From Vitrella brassicaformis CCMP3155 (lineage: Eukaryota > Protista > Chromerida), in NCBI GenBank assembly GCA_001179505.1, contig CDMY01000158.1, positions 1 through 64,000 on the forward strand: a DNA stretch of 64,000 nucleotides, written 5' to 3'. The position numbers and the translations under genes are program-made. Position 1 is the stretch's first letter; each line of letters opens with the position of its first letter. The notes beneath the pieces were generated by a model. The model searched no databases and had not been told where the DNA came from. It saw only the letters and a list, made by a program, of their open reading frames with translations. Shown here piece after piece: positions 48,355 to 60,460 of this stretch.

Positions 48355-49499
48355 ATGGAGACGGCGTCGCTTTTTTTTTTTCGCCTCACGGGCAATGCCA
48401 AGTGGGTCAATGTCAGGAAGCCATCCATCACACGCAGCTCATCAATGCCTACTCTTACGCAAAAATCATGGGGTCTCTTGAACACCGTCCTGACCTTGGT
48501 CCTGACTCTGCGCGATGGTCGAAGAAAAGTGGTTGGGTTGAGCATGAGCTGAGAGCTTCCTTCTGTTCTGCAGGTTCTCTTCTTGGTCTCGGCAAGGCCC
48601 CACCGCCCACCACGGCCCATACATGAGCCGGAGGCTCGCCGACCTCAGCAGATGATCATTCTTGAAGGTTTGATTCTTGAGGGTTTGATTCAGAAGGTAA
48701 GCTGGCGGCTGGGAGGACGGGGAGTGGTCGGAGGAGCTCGAGGGAGCGAGACGCAACTCCCCTCCACTGTTGATTCTTGCGCGGGTGTATGCGTGTTTGC
48801 GCAGTTCAAAAAGCGTGCGGCGAGGGGTTTCTCCTCCTCGCGGTCAGGATTCACCAGCATACTGGGATATATGTGCATCTTTGTCTGTTGCACGTCGAGC
48901 TGAAGATTCGTTTGAGTCTCGAGGGGAACAAGGTGGCTGGTCAAGAGCAAGTGCCGCTTCGGCAGCAAGGAAAGGTGACTACCGCAGGAGGCAGCACTGA
49001 ATGCTTGGACGGACTTGAGGCATTGATGCAGTGCAATCATGCAGCTCTTCTGACATCATCAAGGGCTAGACGTAGACGTACGTCTATGCAGCATTGACAC
49101 CTGAAGATGTGTGCATTTTTGTCTGTCTGTAGACCGAGCGAATGCGTCGATGGGTTTGGATGGTCTCCCTCCCTCCATCGCCCTTCGTTCCTCCGTGGAA
49201 GCAGCAGCCAAAAACTTTGGCATCGGCAACAACGTCGACGCCAGAGTCTATCACCGCGGAATTGGACTGCCTTGCGCTGCGGTAAGCAGGATTCAGACAC
49301 ACCTACCACATAAGGCATGTACGGATGTGTAAATTCATGAATGATTGCGTCTATCGCATTCTCACTCTGCCTGTGTGTGTGCGTTAATGCGTTCAGGCGG
49401 AGCTGGACCTTTCGATTCGTCTCTGGAAACAGTTTCTCAACAGCCAAGCCACGGGCACGACGGCAGCAGGAGCGTCGACCGACTCGATTGGCTAAGTGA
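48355..49499 (+). CDS. Possible spliced hypothetical or degenerate gene
   Basis: Exon-like blocks with AG/GTAAG boundaries (48573-48696; ~49134-49281; 49397-49498 reading AELDLSIRLWKQFLN...*). No recognisable domain and no clean joined frame. Confidence 0.2.
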
Positions 49500-50217
49500 G
49501 TCAGTGATCTTTGTGTGTGTATGTGCGCACACTCCAGTGTGTCTCTGCCTGTCCTTTTGTCTCTGCAGAACGTCTATTGCCCGCTGTCGTCAGCTGTCTG
49601 GCATTTTCACTGTCTTGGCCATCCACGACGTGAGCAAGACACACACACACACACACACGCCCACGAACGCGCGAATGGATGGATGGATGGACTGATCAAT
49701 GAATATGTTTGATTACCTTCCATCTTCAAGATGGAGATAAACATCAAGATCACCTCATCGAAGCCGTTTGCCACACAGCAGAGTCAGACAGCATCAACAT
49801 TCACTGCGCACCGTCTGCATCGCCAGGAAAGGTGGGTGGGTGGGTGGGTGAGTAGCTTTAGTTACAGTCACCTTACGTTATACAGTTTGCTTCGCTTCTT
49901 CTTGTGTATGCAGGCCTCTGTTGGGAGGGGCCTTTTTCACTTGACAGTCTGCCTCTCTTTCGTCTCTCTGTGCAATGCATCTCTTGTATGTCTGCCATGT
50001 CTCCCTCCCCTCTATTCTCTGTGTCTCCCTCTGCCGCACTTGCTTGACATACAGACTCTGCTTTCAATTGCTGGCCGGATGGATTGTGGGCTTGCTGTGC
50101 GAGCTCTTGACGTGTGGCTCTTTTGTTCTTTTGCTCCGGACGGCCAGCTGCAGGAGCACACGTTGGGGTTATGTGTGTGGGTGGCAGCACCTATTCTATT
50201 CTATTGCTGACTAGCTA

Positions 50218-51075
50218 CAGCCGCGGCCTCACACGCATGACGTTTGTGAGCATGTGGTGGTTGCACCCTCTGGTGATGGGTTTTTCCTATAGATGAGTGT
50301 CATGAATGACTTGATCACTGAGGACCGACCGTCAGATGTCGTGTGTGTGTATGTGGATGGATGGATAGAGAGGGAGAGAGAGAGGTGAGGTTGGGGTGCG
50401 ATCTGATTGGCTGGCTGGCTGGCAAAATGGGTGGATTAGTGGATGGATGGGCGAGAGGGGAGATCGATACATCCAACCGCCGGGCTCCCTGGCTGTATTA
50501 CTGCCTGTTGTTTCAGACATGAGATAGAAGATGGGATGCTTAGGCGGGCTGCAAGCTTATTAGGATGGTGTGGCTGTGCTCGCACTTTGTCTCTCTCTCT
50601 CTCTAATGAATTCAGTCGTCCGCACTCTGTCAGCCTGGCTGACCGACACGATGTTTGTGGCTGCCAGCCTTACACACATCAGACAGACAGACAGAGATGG
50701 ACCAGTTCCTTCCCACACTGCATGTCTGTTGCTGCATATCTGGTCGTGCCGCGTGGCTGTCTCTCTCCTTGTGTCTCCTGATTGGTGCAACAGGCAGTCC
50801 TCTGTGTGTTCGGAGGGGGGAGGCAGGGGTGCCTCTCTTTCGTCTCGCAGTCTGACTGTGTGTGGTGGCGGGGCGGGTTATCGCTGCCTTCATTTTATAT
50901 TTGACGATCTCTTCTTCATGTGAGCGGACGGACGTCTTTGTGTGGATTGTGACGTCTGACGGTCTGTCCTCAGTGATCAAGTCATTCATGACACACTCAT
51001 CTATACGAAAAACCCATCACCAGAGGGTGCAACCACCACATGCTCACAAACGTCATGCGTATGAGGCCGCGGCTG
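50218..51075. mobile_element. Candidate non-autonomous TIR element (MITE/foldback), ~858 bp, with ~123-125 bp terminal inverted repeats
   Basis: 50218-50340 (CAGCCGCGGCCTCACACGCATGACG...GTCAGATGTC) is a near-perfect reverse complement of 50951-51075. Termini CAG...CTG; left flank TA, right flank TT. No coding capacity inside. Confidence 0.6.
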
Positions 51076-51439
51076 TTCTTTGTTGGCTTTGCCAATGCTG
51101 GTCCGATGGGCGAAGCCGATGACGCAGCGGACAAGATGAAGCGAGACATGATGAAAGCCTTCACAAGTAATTCGGGACAGACAGCAGCTGGTCCACGTGT
51201 ATTGTACTCAGTGCATCTCGTTCTCTCTCTCTCTCTCTGTTTTTGTGTGTATAGATCATTTCGATTGTGTCTCTTTCATGCGTGGATGGATGTAGTCAGT
51301 CGGTCGGCTGAATCGGTCAGTCACAGACTCTCAGACATGATTGTGTGTCTCTCTCTTTGTCCGATGCACACTCGTCGATGGATCGACGATGATGAGATGG
51401 ACACGTGATCAGGCGTCTGCAGTGCACACAGGTCATGAC

Positions 51440-51945
51440 CAGGAAGAAAGACTCGTTGAATGTGTCTCGTGCGCTGACTGACCGAGCTCTTGCGGTCTGA
51501 TGGTCCAGTTGGCGGTCAGGCCGACAGCCAGCCAGCCTCTGACGTCCTCATCCTGACAACACACACACACACACACACATACAAACCAACCGACCGACCC
51601 ACCAATTTGCCGTCCATCCATCCACGAGTGCGTGCGTGAGACAGACGTACGGAGATCGACTGCGGGTACTCGTTCTGGAGCTTGCGGAGGTACAAGTCGA
51701 CACACACGTTCTGGAGACACATGACACACAGCACACATCTCAATGCTGTGTGTCTCTGCAAAAGTGACTCACGTTGATGATGGATGCAGGGTTGGTGCGG
51801 ATGGCGAACTCCATGGGGTCGGGGTCATTTGGATAGTCGAGCTGCCACTCGAAGAGGGCATCGGGGAAGTAGTTGACGCCCGAATACAGGGGGCCGGCGA
51901 CTTGGGAGCCACCCACAGTCCTGATGGATGAACACACAAACATAG
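51440..51945 (-). CDS. 3' exons of an unidentified minus-strand gene truncated by a gap
   Basis: Exon-like segments GPLYSGVNYFPDALFEWQLDYP..., NVCVDLYLRKLQNEYPQSIS and DEDVRGWLAVGLTANWTIRPQEL with AG/GT boundaries. Confidence 0.4.
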
Positions 51946-52245
51946 NNNNNNNNNNNNNNNNNNNNNNNNNNNNNNNNNNNNNNNNNNNNNNNNNNNNNNN
52001 NNNNNNNNNNNNNNNNNNNNNNNNNNNNNNNNNNNNNNNNNNNNNNNNNNNNNNNNNNNNNNNNNNNNNNNNNNNNNNNNNNNNNNNNNNNNNNNNNNNN
52101 NNNNNNNNNNNNNNNNNNNNNNNNNNNNNNNNNNNNNNNNNNNNNNNNNNNNNNNNNNNNNNNNNNNNNNNNNNNNNNNNNNNNNNNNNNNNNNNNNNNN
52201 NNNNNNNNNNNNNNNNNNNNNNNNNNNNNNNNNNNNNNNNNNNNN
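51946..52245. other. Assembly gap (300 N)
   Basis: N run. Confidence 0.99.
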
Positions 52246-52253
52246 GTTGTCAG

Positions 52254-52382
52254 GAGGCGTCGGTGCTCGCCACAGTGGCCGATCTGGCGGCTCACATGAT
52301 CGAAGACATGGAGCGCAAGAAACAGCAGCAGAAGTCAGAGGCAGAGCACGAGGGACGGCAGGCCAAGCGAAGAGCCAACTGA
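52254..52382 (+). CDS. Last exon of a further CDK copy (C); downstream sequence to ~52640 is homologous to 47886-48135
   Basis: [42 protein letters not shown], identical in protein to copy B. Confidence 0.8.
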   Translation, partial: EASVLATVADLAAHMIEDMERKKQQQKSEAEHEGRQAKRRAN

Positions 52383-53086
52383 CTGCATGACCCACAGACA
52401 CTGACCGACTCGCCAATTGGTGCATCGGTGTGCTCGTGTGTGTGCACTCCATCGCACGGACACTTGAACGTTCAATTAATGGTTCATGGTCGTCGGTCAG
52501 TCGGCAGCGCACACACGCACAGAGCACCGACAAGTGTCAGTCAGCATCCACACAAACATCCATTCCTCTGAGCAACCATCGCTCAGAACACATCATTCGT
52601 CATGTACACACTCGCTGCTGCAGCCACGCACTCAGCCGGTCAGCCACACACACATGTATCACGCCCGATAAACAGCAGAGATGCCATCCATGCAGTCAGC
52701 CTGTCAGCTGCACGCCATACCTCACCTCTCCCACCTCAGCTGTCCTGCACGCGCTAGCTGATTGATTCATCCACACACGCGCACACACACAAACACACAC
52801 ACGCATCCCGCTCCCTCTCGACATTCGTGTAGTCGCGCACAGTCGCATACACACGTGTACGCAACGAGGCAAGAGAGCCGAAAAATAACCCAGCTCCTCA
52901 GCCAAACCATCCACGCACACACACCAAGGGAGAGACACAACGTACGGGCACACACCGGAAGAGAGACCCACAGGGAGTGGCGCCAGCCAGTCCGATGACT
53001 GGCGCCCGTGTATTGAGTCAATTCTCGTGGCACACACGCGGTAGTCAGCGGGCCAGGCGACGGATCATCTCAGGCACTGCACACAC

Positions 53087-53168
53087 ACACGCACACGCAC
53101 ACACACACACACGCACACGCACACGCACACGCACACGCACACGCACACGCACACGCACACGCACGCAC
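53087..53168. repeat. (GCACAC)n/(CA)n alternating purine-pyrimidine tract
   Basis: Direct reading of the sequence. Confidence 0.9.
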
Positions 53169-53654
53169 TGTCGGCCCTGCAAGCCACCCTACATGTGTGA
53201 AACACACATATTAAAATCCGCCACGTTCACACACATGCAGCACTGTACATGCCTACGTACGTACGAAGGGACCGACATGGAAATATGCATGGGCCGGCCC
53301 GCAAAGCAGCCAGCTAGCCGTTCGTAAGGAAATGTAGCAGCGGTAGGAATTACCTTTGTCTGTCACTTTGGACACTTTAGATACTACAAACAAACACCAT
53401 CTATCCATCCATCCATGCACCTATCACGCGTAACCGCCTTAGCCTTAGGCATCCAAATACGTATGGCACGACAGAAGAAAAAAAAGCTTATCATCCGGCC
53501 TGTACGACACAGGCAACACAGGCAACACAGGCAGGCAGGCAGATCATCCCGGCAACAGCTCATCCATTCGTAAACCATAGAGTGCCTCAGGAACCGCCCG
53601 CCACGTGATGAGAAGATTGCATTGCATTGCATCCTTTCCTGCCTCCTTCAGGCA

Positions 53655-55550
53655 TCAGACGAAGAGAGAGAAAGTGAGAGACGTATCGGGGATAGCCCAG
53701 GTTGGACACAGACGAAGCGACAAAGAGAAAGAGACACGATGTATATACTGGTGAGACCACATCCATTCACACACACCAACAGCATTCACACTGTGCCCGT
53801 CAGACACACCCCCGTCAAAAAAGTACTTTGTCTCGGCTAGCCATCCCACGCACACACACAGACACACACACAGACAAGCACACAGACACACACCAAATGC
53901 ACGCCTCCATTCAAAACCGACCTCCCCCAATCAGTCAGTCGCCCTCCGCTCTCTCCAGATTCTTCTTCCAAGCGTGCAGGAAGACCTCCAGGTCGCCCTC
54001 ATCAGTATCAGTATCTCGACCACCGCTCGTCGTATCTTGCTCCTGCTCTTCCTTGGCCTCACGCTCCTCCTCGCGGAAGGCCGGCGGCTTGTCGTGCCGC
54101 TCCTGGCGTCCTACCGGCATCCGTGGCGGCTCGCGCCCGCTTGTTGTGTCTTGCTCCTGCTCTTCCTCGGCCTCCTCTTTCAACATGAACACCTGTTGAG
54201 ACACACTTATGACTCATTCATGTGTATCTCAACTGGCTATGAACGCACCGTCTTCATGTTGCTCGGCAGCTCGCCACCCACGGGCATCTCGTGGGTCAGA
54301 TCGACTGGCAGTAGTGAGGCGACAACCTCGCCCTTGATCTTCAGCACTTTGTACTCATCAGTCAGCCGATTCTTCCGCTCAGCCTGCATCCGATGCACAC
54401 AGGCACACATGCCGCACACGAGACACAGATGGGACATGCAGCCTCTCATCTCATCTCATCTCATCTCATCTCACCTCTCCCTCGTAGACTTCTGGGTTTT
54501 GTGTGAGTCTGTAGTTGGTGCCGTTGTAGTGTGCCCGGATCCACATCTCCAGCTGCCGTCGCGTGGCCAACTGTGGCTTCTCTACGACGAACCAGTTGAC
54601 GGCCTGGGTGCAGGGTGGCGTGGTGAGGCTGCCCGCATAATGGTAGATGCTTGAAGTGCTGGCGAATGCGGCGAGATCCGAAAGGTCTGAGTCGACCTCA
54701 TACACGACCTCAGGGTTCTCAATGCTGGGGATGCGGGGCCCGTCCTGTGCGGGGTTCTCGAGAGAGGCAAGGAACTCGTTTTCTTTGAAGCCGACATCGA
54801 AGACGTAGCCCAACACGGCGAACTCAGCTGCATACAGAGCGGACCCCTCATGTGCATGCCTGTCTTGTGCTGCCTGCCGGTAGACGTACGCTGCATTGCT
54901 CCATCAGTATCGGTGCGCACGTGAACAATGTGCATCTCCAGCGGAAGCTGCTTGCCATCAAATGTGTGCTCGGATCTCGCATGGAAGTGAAACGACACAG
55001 CAGTGAATGTCTTAGTCAGGTACCGAAGGTAACCCAAGTCCGCCTTTCTCTCGGTATCACGCAACTCTACCCTGCGTATGTGACGCACACGGACACATCC
55101 TCTGTGCGTGCTGGCTCAGCGGCTCTGGCTCACTCGACAAATATTGGATTCGCTTCCGGGCCCCACATTATCGTCATGTTGGTGGTCAGTTTGGGGTACA
55201 AGAACGAGACCGCCGACTGTCCGGGAACCACCTCGTTTGGCTTGATGTTCAACGGATCCGGCAAGGTGTGGCCGCCCAAAAAAGAGTGGCCGCCCCTCCT
55301 GATGTCTATCGGACTCTGAACAGCACACATCGAGAGGACAGGCAGACAGAAGGAGGGTTAAGCCGAGCGCGTTGGATGTCCGGGCCCCACGCACCTGTCT
55401 GAGTGTATTGCCACATTCATTGCCCGGGATGTCCAATTCAGCCCAGTCGCCACCATTTTCGTCCCAGTCGAACGGCGCATCTGCCCCAAGCGCAGTGTCA
55501 GCCAGCACAAGCCAAGCAATGGCGACGGTCAGCAGGTATCGCAACGCCAT
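53655..55550 (-). CDS. Alpha-carbonic anhydrase with signal peptide and charged C-terminal extension, multi-exon
   Basis: Signal MALRYLLTVAIAWLVLADTALG; QSPIDI; SFHFHARSEHTFDGKQLPLEMHIVH (three Zn-ligand His); YHYAGSLTTPPCTQAVNWFV; NYRLTQ. 3' end approximate. Confidence 0.9.
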
Positions 55551-55822
55551 TCTCCGAGGAAGAGATGAAGGGAAGACGTGCAGGAGATAATTAAAAAGAA
55601 AACCTTTCTCGATCGCTTTCGCATGCGTACATCATGCGTGCCGTTAGCGGCCAGGTTGTAGCTGGCCGATCAGGTTCACTGCACATCACTCTATCAGCGG
55701 GCTTTCTGGGGAAGGTGGTTTGTGTAAGCGTCGTACACCGTGTCTGATTTTCCGTTGAGGGGTTTGCGCGCGGAAAACCTTTCGCACTTGTTCCGCGCGG
55801 TGGCGATTCGTTTGCGCCTAAG

Positions 55823-56857
55823 ATGTGGACGGAGAGCACACGCAACTCTACAGCGAAGAGTAGCGGCTCGGAAGGCAAGCCCCAACTCATCCCCCCCCTC
55901 CCCCTCGAGAAGATTCGCACGGCGCACAGCACGCCCCTTATTGCCTGCTGCTTCCATCGCACCAAAGCCTGGACATCCAGTAACAAGAGACTCACACGTC
56001 AGAGATGCGGTCCTCGCTCAATATTCCGAGACAAGGACGTCAATGAGGCGTCGTCGTCGTCGGGCGATTCATCCGCTGGAATGCCGTCTTTCCGCCAGTC
56101 TGAGACATTAGCGAGAACCCCCCGGCATGAGATGCCTCCTCTGATACCAATGGAGAACTCCAGCAGCAGCCCCCACCACATTTGCGTCTGTGAGGAATGC
56201 AAAATGACTACACTGGGACGCCGCAGCCACCCTGCCGTCAATGCAGCGTTTCTCGTCCGCAGCACGTCATCGACAATCCCTTCCTCTCGCTATCTTGTTA
56301 CCCAGCCTCCGCACCTGAGCCTCAGCAGCGACAATCTCGGATCTATGCTGAGTGAGGAGCCGGTGCTCTGTGGTGAGGAGGATGCCGCGGCATTCGACGA
56401 AGGGCCCCCTCCTGCTGATGTTCCCATAATGCCCCTCCACCGCTCTGTCTATTCTGAGCAGATACCGTCTCCAATGATGCCTGTGGAGCCCGCTAAGCCT
56501 GCCGTCTCATGTCAGAGTTCCGCTGCACCGTGTGTGGCCAGCCCCACCGACGCATCGAGCCTCTCTGTCGATGAAGATGAAAAGAGAGACCCATCAACGC
56601 AGAGGCCTAGGCAGCGGTTCCATCTCAGGCTGACCATTCCACTGATGAGACCGAGAGACACCAGACAGCAGCAGCAGCGAGAATCGTCACAGAAGCCATC
56701 TCCCTCTCTGTCTGTCGGTTCTGGCCTGGCGACGGCAAAGGTGCCATTTCTTGCCCCACCCGACCGCCATTCGCCGTTTCAGACACCCAGATCCCCGTCT
56801 AAGCTGATGATGCACACTTCGCCCATATTTCGGATTGTTAGAGTCATGAAGGGGTGA
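55823..56857 (+). CDS. Intronless Ser/Pro-rich hypothetical protein (344 aa)
   Basis: Long ORF free of microsatellites; no recognisable domain. Confidence 0.5.
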   Translation: MWTESTRNSTAKSSGSEGKPQLIPPLPLEKIRTAHSTPLIACCFHRTKAWTSSNKRLTRQRCGPRSIFRDKDVNEASSSSGDSSAGMPSFRQSETLARTPRHEMPPLIPMENSSSSPHHICVCEECKMTTLGRRSHPAVNAAFLVRSTSSTIPSSRYLVTQPPHLSLSSDNLGSMLSEEPVLCGEEDAAAFDEGPPPADVPIMPLHRSVYSEQIPSPMMPVEPAKPAVSCQSSAAPCVASPTDASSLSVDEDEKRDPSTQRPRQRFHLRLTIPLMRPRDTRQQQQRESSQKPSPSLSVGSGLATAKVPFLAPPDRHSPFQTPRSPSKLMMHTSPIFRIVRVMKG

Positions 56858-57315
56858 CCGTGTGCGTGCCTTTGTGGATGTCGGGTGGATTGGTTGGCAG
56901 CGAGAGAGACAGATAAATATGATGATGGCAATTTTTGTACACGTACACACGGTCTGTCTGGTCATCTCCAGACACAGGAAACGAGAGCCCACAGATTCAC
57001 GTCATGCCATACTCCAATCGTATCACACGCTGATACAAGAAACATCCCTCCTTGCCTGAGCTGCTGCGCACAGGCTGTGCTTCCGTCCTTATCAATACAC
57101 TACATATGCCCACATGTCATATGCATGGCATGGCCTGGCCTGGCCTACCTACCGTCCAATCGTACTGACCGCCCTCCCTCTTTGCGTCCACAGAGGCACC
57201 GACGGCTGCCTTCCAATCATAGCATATCGGCCACCATAGTGAGAGAACACCAAACAGGAGGAGGCATAGAGCCGCCGCTGCGTCATCATTCTCCCACTGG
57301 CCTGTTGAGAGTCCG

Positions 57316-59060
57316 CTAGACGTGACACTGTTTCCAGAATGCGCGATCCGTCCAGCGCTGGATAGTACTCGACCATCTTGTCTCCTCTCTCCGCCTCCTT
57401 GTCCTTGTCAGCCGCTCGGTACGCCTCCCCCTCTTGTGTGGTTGTGGCGTCCTGCTTGTCGGCGTCTGATGCTGGTGGAGGGGAGGAGGGTGGGGACCTT
57501 TTGATGCTGAATGGGTAGTTGCCGCGCATGAGGTGGTTGATGTCGGCCAGCACCCAGTCAGACGCATCGTACTCCTCGTCGCGCGTCACACCAGCACCGG
57601 GCTCCTCGTGGGGCATGTTAGTGGGCTCGAAACTGCACAGATGCATTACCCGTGTGCAAGGTGTGTGTGGTGATCTCCATCTGCGCAAGCATGTACCTGA
57701 GCGATGGGTGTCTGGCGCTCAGCTGTGACTCGAATCGCAGGCAATGCTGAGCGGTCGTCTGCTCCTTACGCCCCAATACTACCTGCACACACGTACGCAG
57801 GACACACAGACGACCTGCACACAGACACGAGCACATGTGTAAGCGAGTGCGTACGGTGGGCGGCTCCTTGGTCGGGTTTTCGACGTAGAATGTCTGCAGG
57901 ACTTTGAGCACGCAATCGACCTGCACCAGACAGCCCCGCTCCAGCAGTGCCTGCACACACACACGGTTGCATGGCATGGAGGCGTACACGGGTATGTATA
58001 CGTATCCATGCGCAGGCAGCTTTTCTTCTCCTGTGTACGTTCATTACGTCTCGGATGTCCCTCTGCGTCTGAGGGAATGGGCTGGTGCGGGTCTGACAGA
58101 ATCAGAGAGACGACAACCAACATACTTCACGTGGGCAGTCAGGCCGCTCACCCTCTGCATGTCTTCCTCTTTCAGTATGATCTGCTGGCCAAACGACTCT
58201 GCACACAAACACACGCACACACACGCACACACGTGTGTATGCGTCCACGCTCATGTGCGTGAGGGTTTGCTGATGGCTCACGGATGACTTTCCGATCGGC
58301 GATGTCGTCGCCTCTCTCAGCACCTGTTGATCGATCAAGGGACACAACACGTATGTGTCTGTTTGTACTGTGCGAGTAGATGAATGCATCGTACCCACGA
58401 AAAGGGCCACCCGGTCGACCTCCACTGATATAGCCTTCTGCACCTCGTGGTGGATCTGATACGTACGCACGGCAACACATAGCAGACACACACACGGGGG
58501 ATAGTCATGCGTGTGTAGTGTGCAAGTGAGCTCCACTCGTACCTTCCACTCTCTGTCTTTGACCTTCTTGAGGACCGGTGCGAAGGTGGACGCCAAAGAC
58601 TCCTCACAGCAGTGGCGCAGCGCATTCACATCGATGGGATTTAAACTCTCAGCCACATACCTGCCATGCACACACACACGCGTGCAGTCACGTCAGCTCT
58701 CTCTATACTCCAGTCAGTATTCCCCTTCAATCTCACCCACCGCAGTGCCGCCAAGCTGCCGGCCGCGAAATTCGTGTAGAAGTTGTCGAAGTACACCGGC
58801 GCCATGTTCCGGCAGTGTGTGAGCGCCAGCCAGTTGAAGATCCACCGCTGCAGCAGCCCGCTGTGTCGCACCGACGGCAGGCCGCCGAGAGCAGTCAGCG
58901 GTGCCATCCACTCCATATCATTATCGTTGCCGCTGCTGTTGTTGGCATCTCCGCTGTCAGGCGAGGGGGCGGCGCCGGTCGATGTTGACGCTTCCGAGCA
59001 GAAAGGACGCACCCAGCAACGAGCCGGTATTCGGCGAGAGAGCAAAGGACGCAGCATCAT
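57316..59060 (-). CDS. Hypothetical multi-exon protein with mitochondrial-type presequence (weak Tim44/MRPL45/MAIP1-like architecture)
   Basis: MMLRPLLSRRIPARCWVRPFCS presequence; exons NFYTNFAAGSLAALR, ALRHCCEESLASTF, LVQVDCVLKVLQTF, HCLRFES..DWVLADIN. Confidence 0.5.
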
Positions 59061-59390
59061 GGCCCCCCACACACGGGCGCTGCTCCGTGGGCGCAATATA
59101 TCAGTACATGATTTTGGTTGCCAGGTTTGACCCCGGGCTGCGAGCTTGAAAGAGATCCTCATTCACTCATTCATTTGCGTCGCATGAAAATGCATCCATG
59201 GAAACGATTAGCAGGGACCAGGGCGGGTGTCTGGCACAGATCTGGAATGGCTTGCAATGCCGATTCTCTTTCAAAGAAGGTCTCATGCATGTACAGAGAG
59301 CTCTGTCCACAAAACGCCTCGTGCAATCGAGACAAATCACTTGATGCACAGTACAAAGTACTCTGGCAGTGCCAGATTATGAGCAATTCG

Positions 59391-60258
59391 TCAAAATCCA
59401 TCCAACCCAACGGGGCAGGGTAGTCTCGCGCAGTTTAGCGGCGTCACTGAGGACAGAGAACACCACACACCAGACAAATGGCACATCCATCCATCCATCC
59501 ATCCAATCGTTCCGTCCGTGCACCCGACGCCTCCTACCGAATTTATCCTCACAGTGACTGTGCTGTACTTCTGACCCCCATATTTCGGTGTCAGAGTGCA
59601 GCGGACAGCCCTAGTCGCCCTCAGAATCTCCAGCTCCTGGCGCACCATGCCAAGCAGCAAAGTAGTCTTGCCGAAGTCTTCGGGGAAGGTCTTGATCTCT
59701 GCCGCCTCGGATCCCACCAAATCACACGCGGCGATGAGCAGCGGCTCATACCGGAAGTCTGTGCCACTCATGGTGCTACTGGGCACGTTCAGGAGCCCCA
59801 GTGCGACCCTGTTGGCCACGCGCCGCATCACCTCCTCCCTTCGCGAGGCCCGTTGCTCTTCTGATGGCGGTGGGCCCTGCAAATCACTCTCGGACACCTG
59901 ATGCACATATCAGCAACGGAACGCATCGCAATGCGTGTGTGTGTAGGCGCAACGAACGTGTGCTCATGCAGTGTGCTGACATTGATGCCGAAGAAGCGCA
60001 TCTCACGGACCACCTTCCGCGCGTCGACGGAGCGTCGATGAGCAGCGGCAGTCCATCTCGGTAGAAGTCGAGGACATAGGGGAAGAGCGCCGGATCACGG
60101 TCGATGAAGACGGGCTGCCCCAGCTGCACTTGCTGATATTCGGCTGTCGACTCGTTGGTCACCAGCTGACCCAGCAGCGTGTGTGAATGAATCGCCAGTG
60201 TCGACTTGGCCACACTGAACTCACGACCGCCAACATTCAAACGCACAAAGCTCGTCAT
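59391..60258 (-). pseudogene. BTB/POZ paralogue 3 with a 1-nt frameshift (~60030) and an 83-nt intron (59898-59980)
   Basis: MTSFVRLNVGGREFSVAKSTL...FIDRDPALFPYVLDFYRDG, then a frame change to VDARKVVREMRFFGIN, GT-AG intron, VSESDLQGPPPSEEQRASRREEVMRRVA. Confidence 0.65.
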
Positions 60259-60460
60259 CTGCAGAGATTCATTGACACACACGGACAGTTGTTAGAAATG
60301 CTGCTGACCGTGGTGAAGTGCTCTGCTTACGGAGATATCTTGAGTGATGGCAGCAGTAGGTGCGTCGATTCAAGTGATGTCAGCGCATTAACAGAACACC
60401 TCCGCCTCATTAAAGCTGCGAGCTTGAAAGAGATCTTCATGGAAGCAAAAAGAGGAGGAA

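Noticed and set aside
48250-49100. Microsatellite-poor region as a possible transposon remnant
   Set aside because: No transposase, reverse transcriptase or integrase motifs and no terminal repeats were seen.
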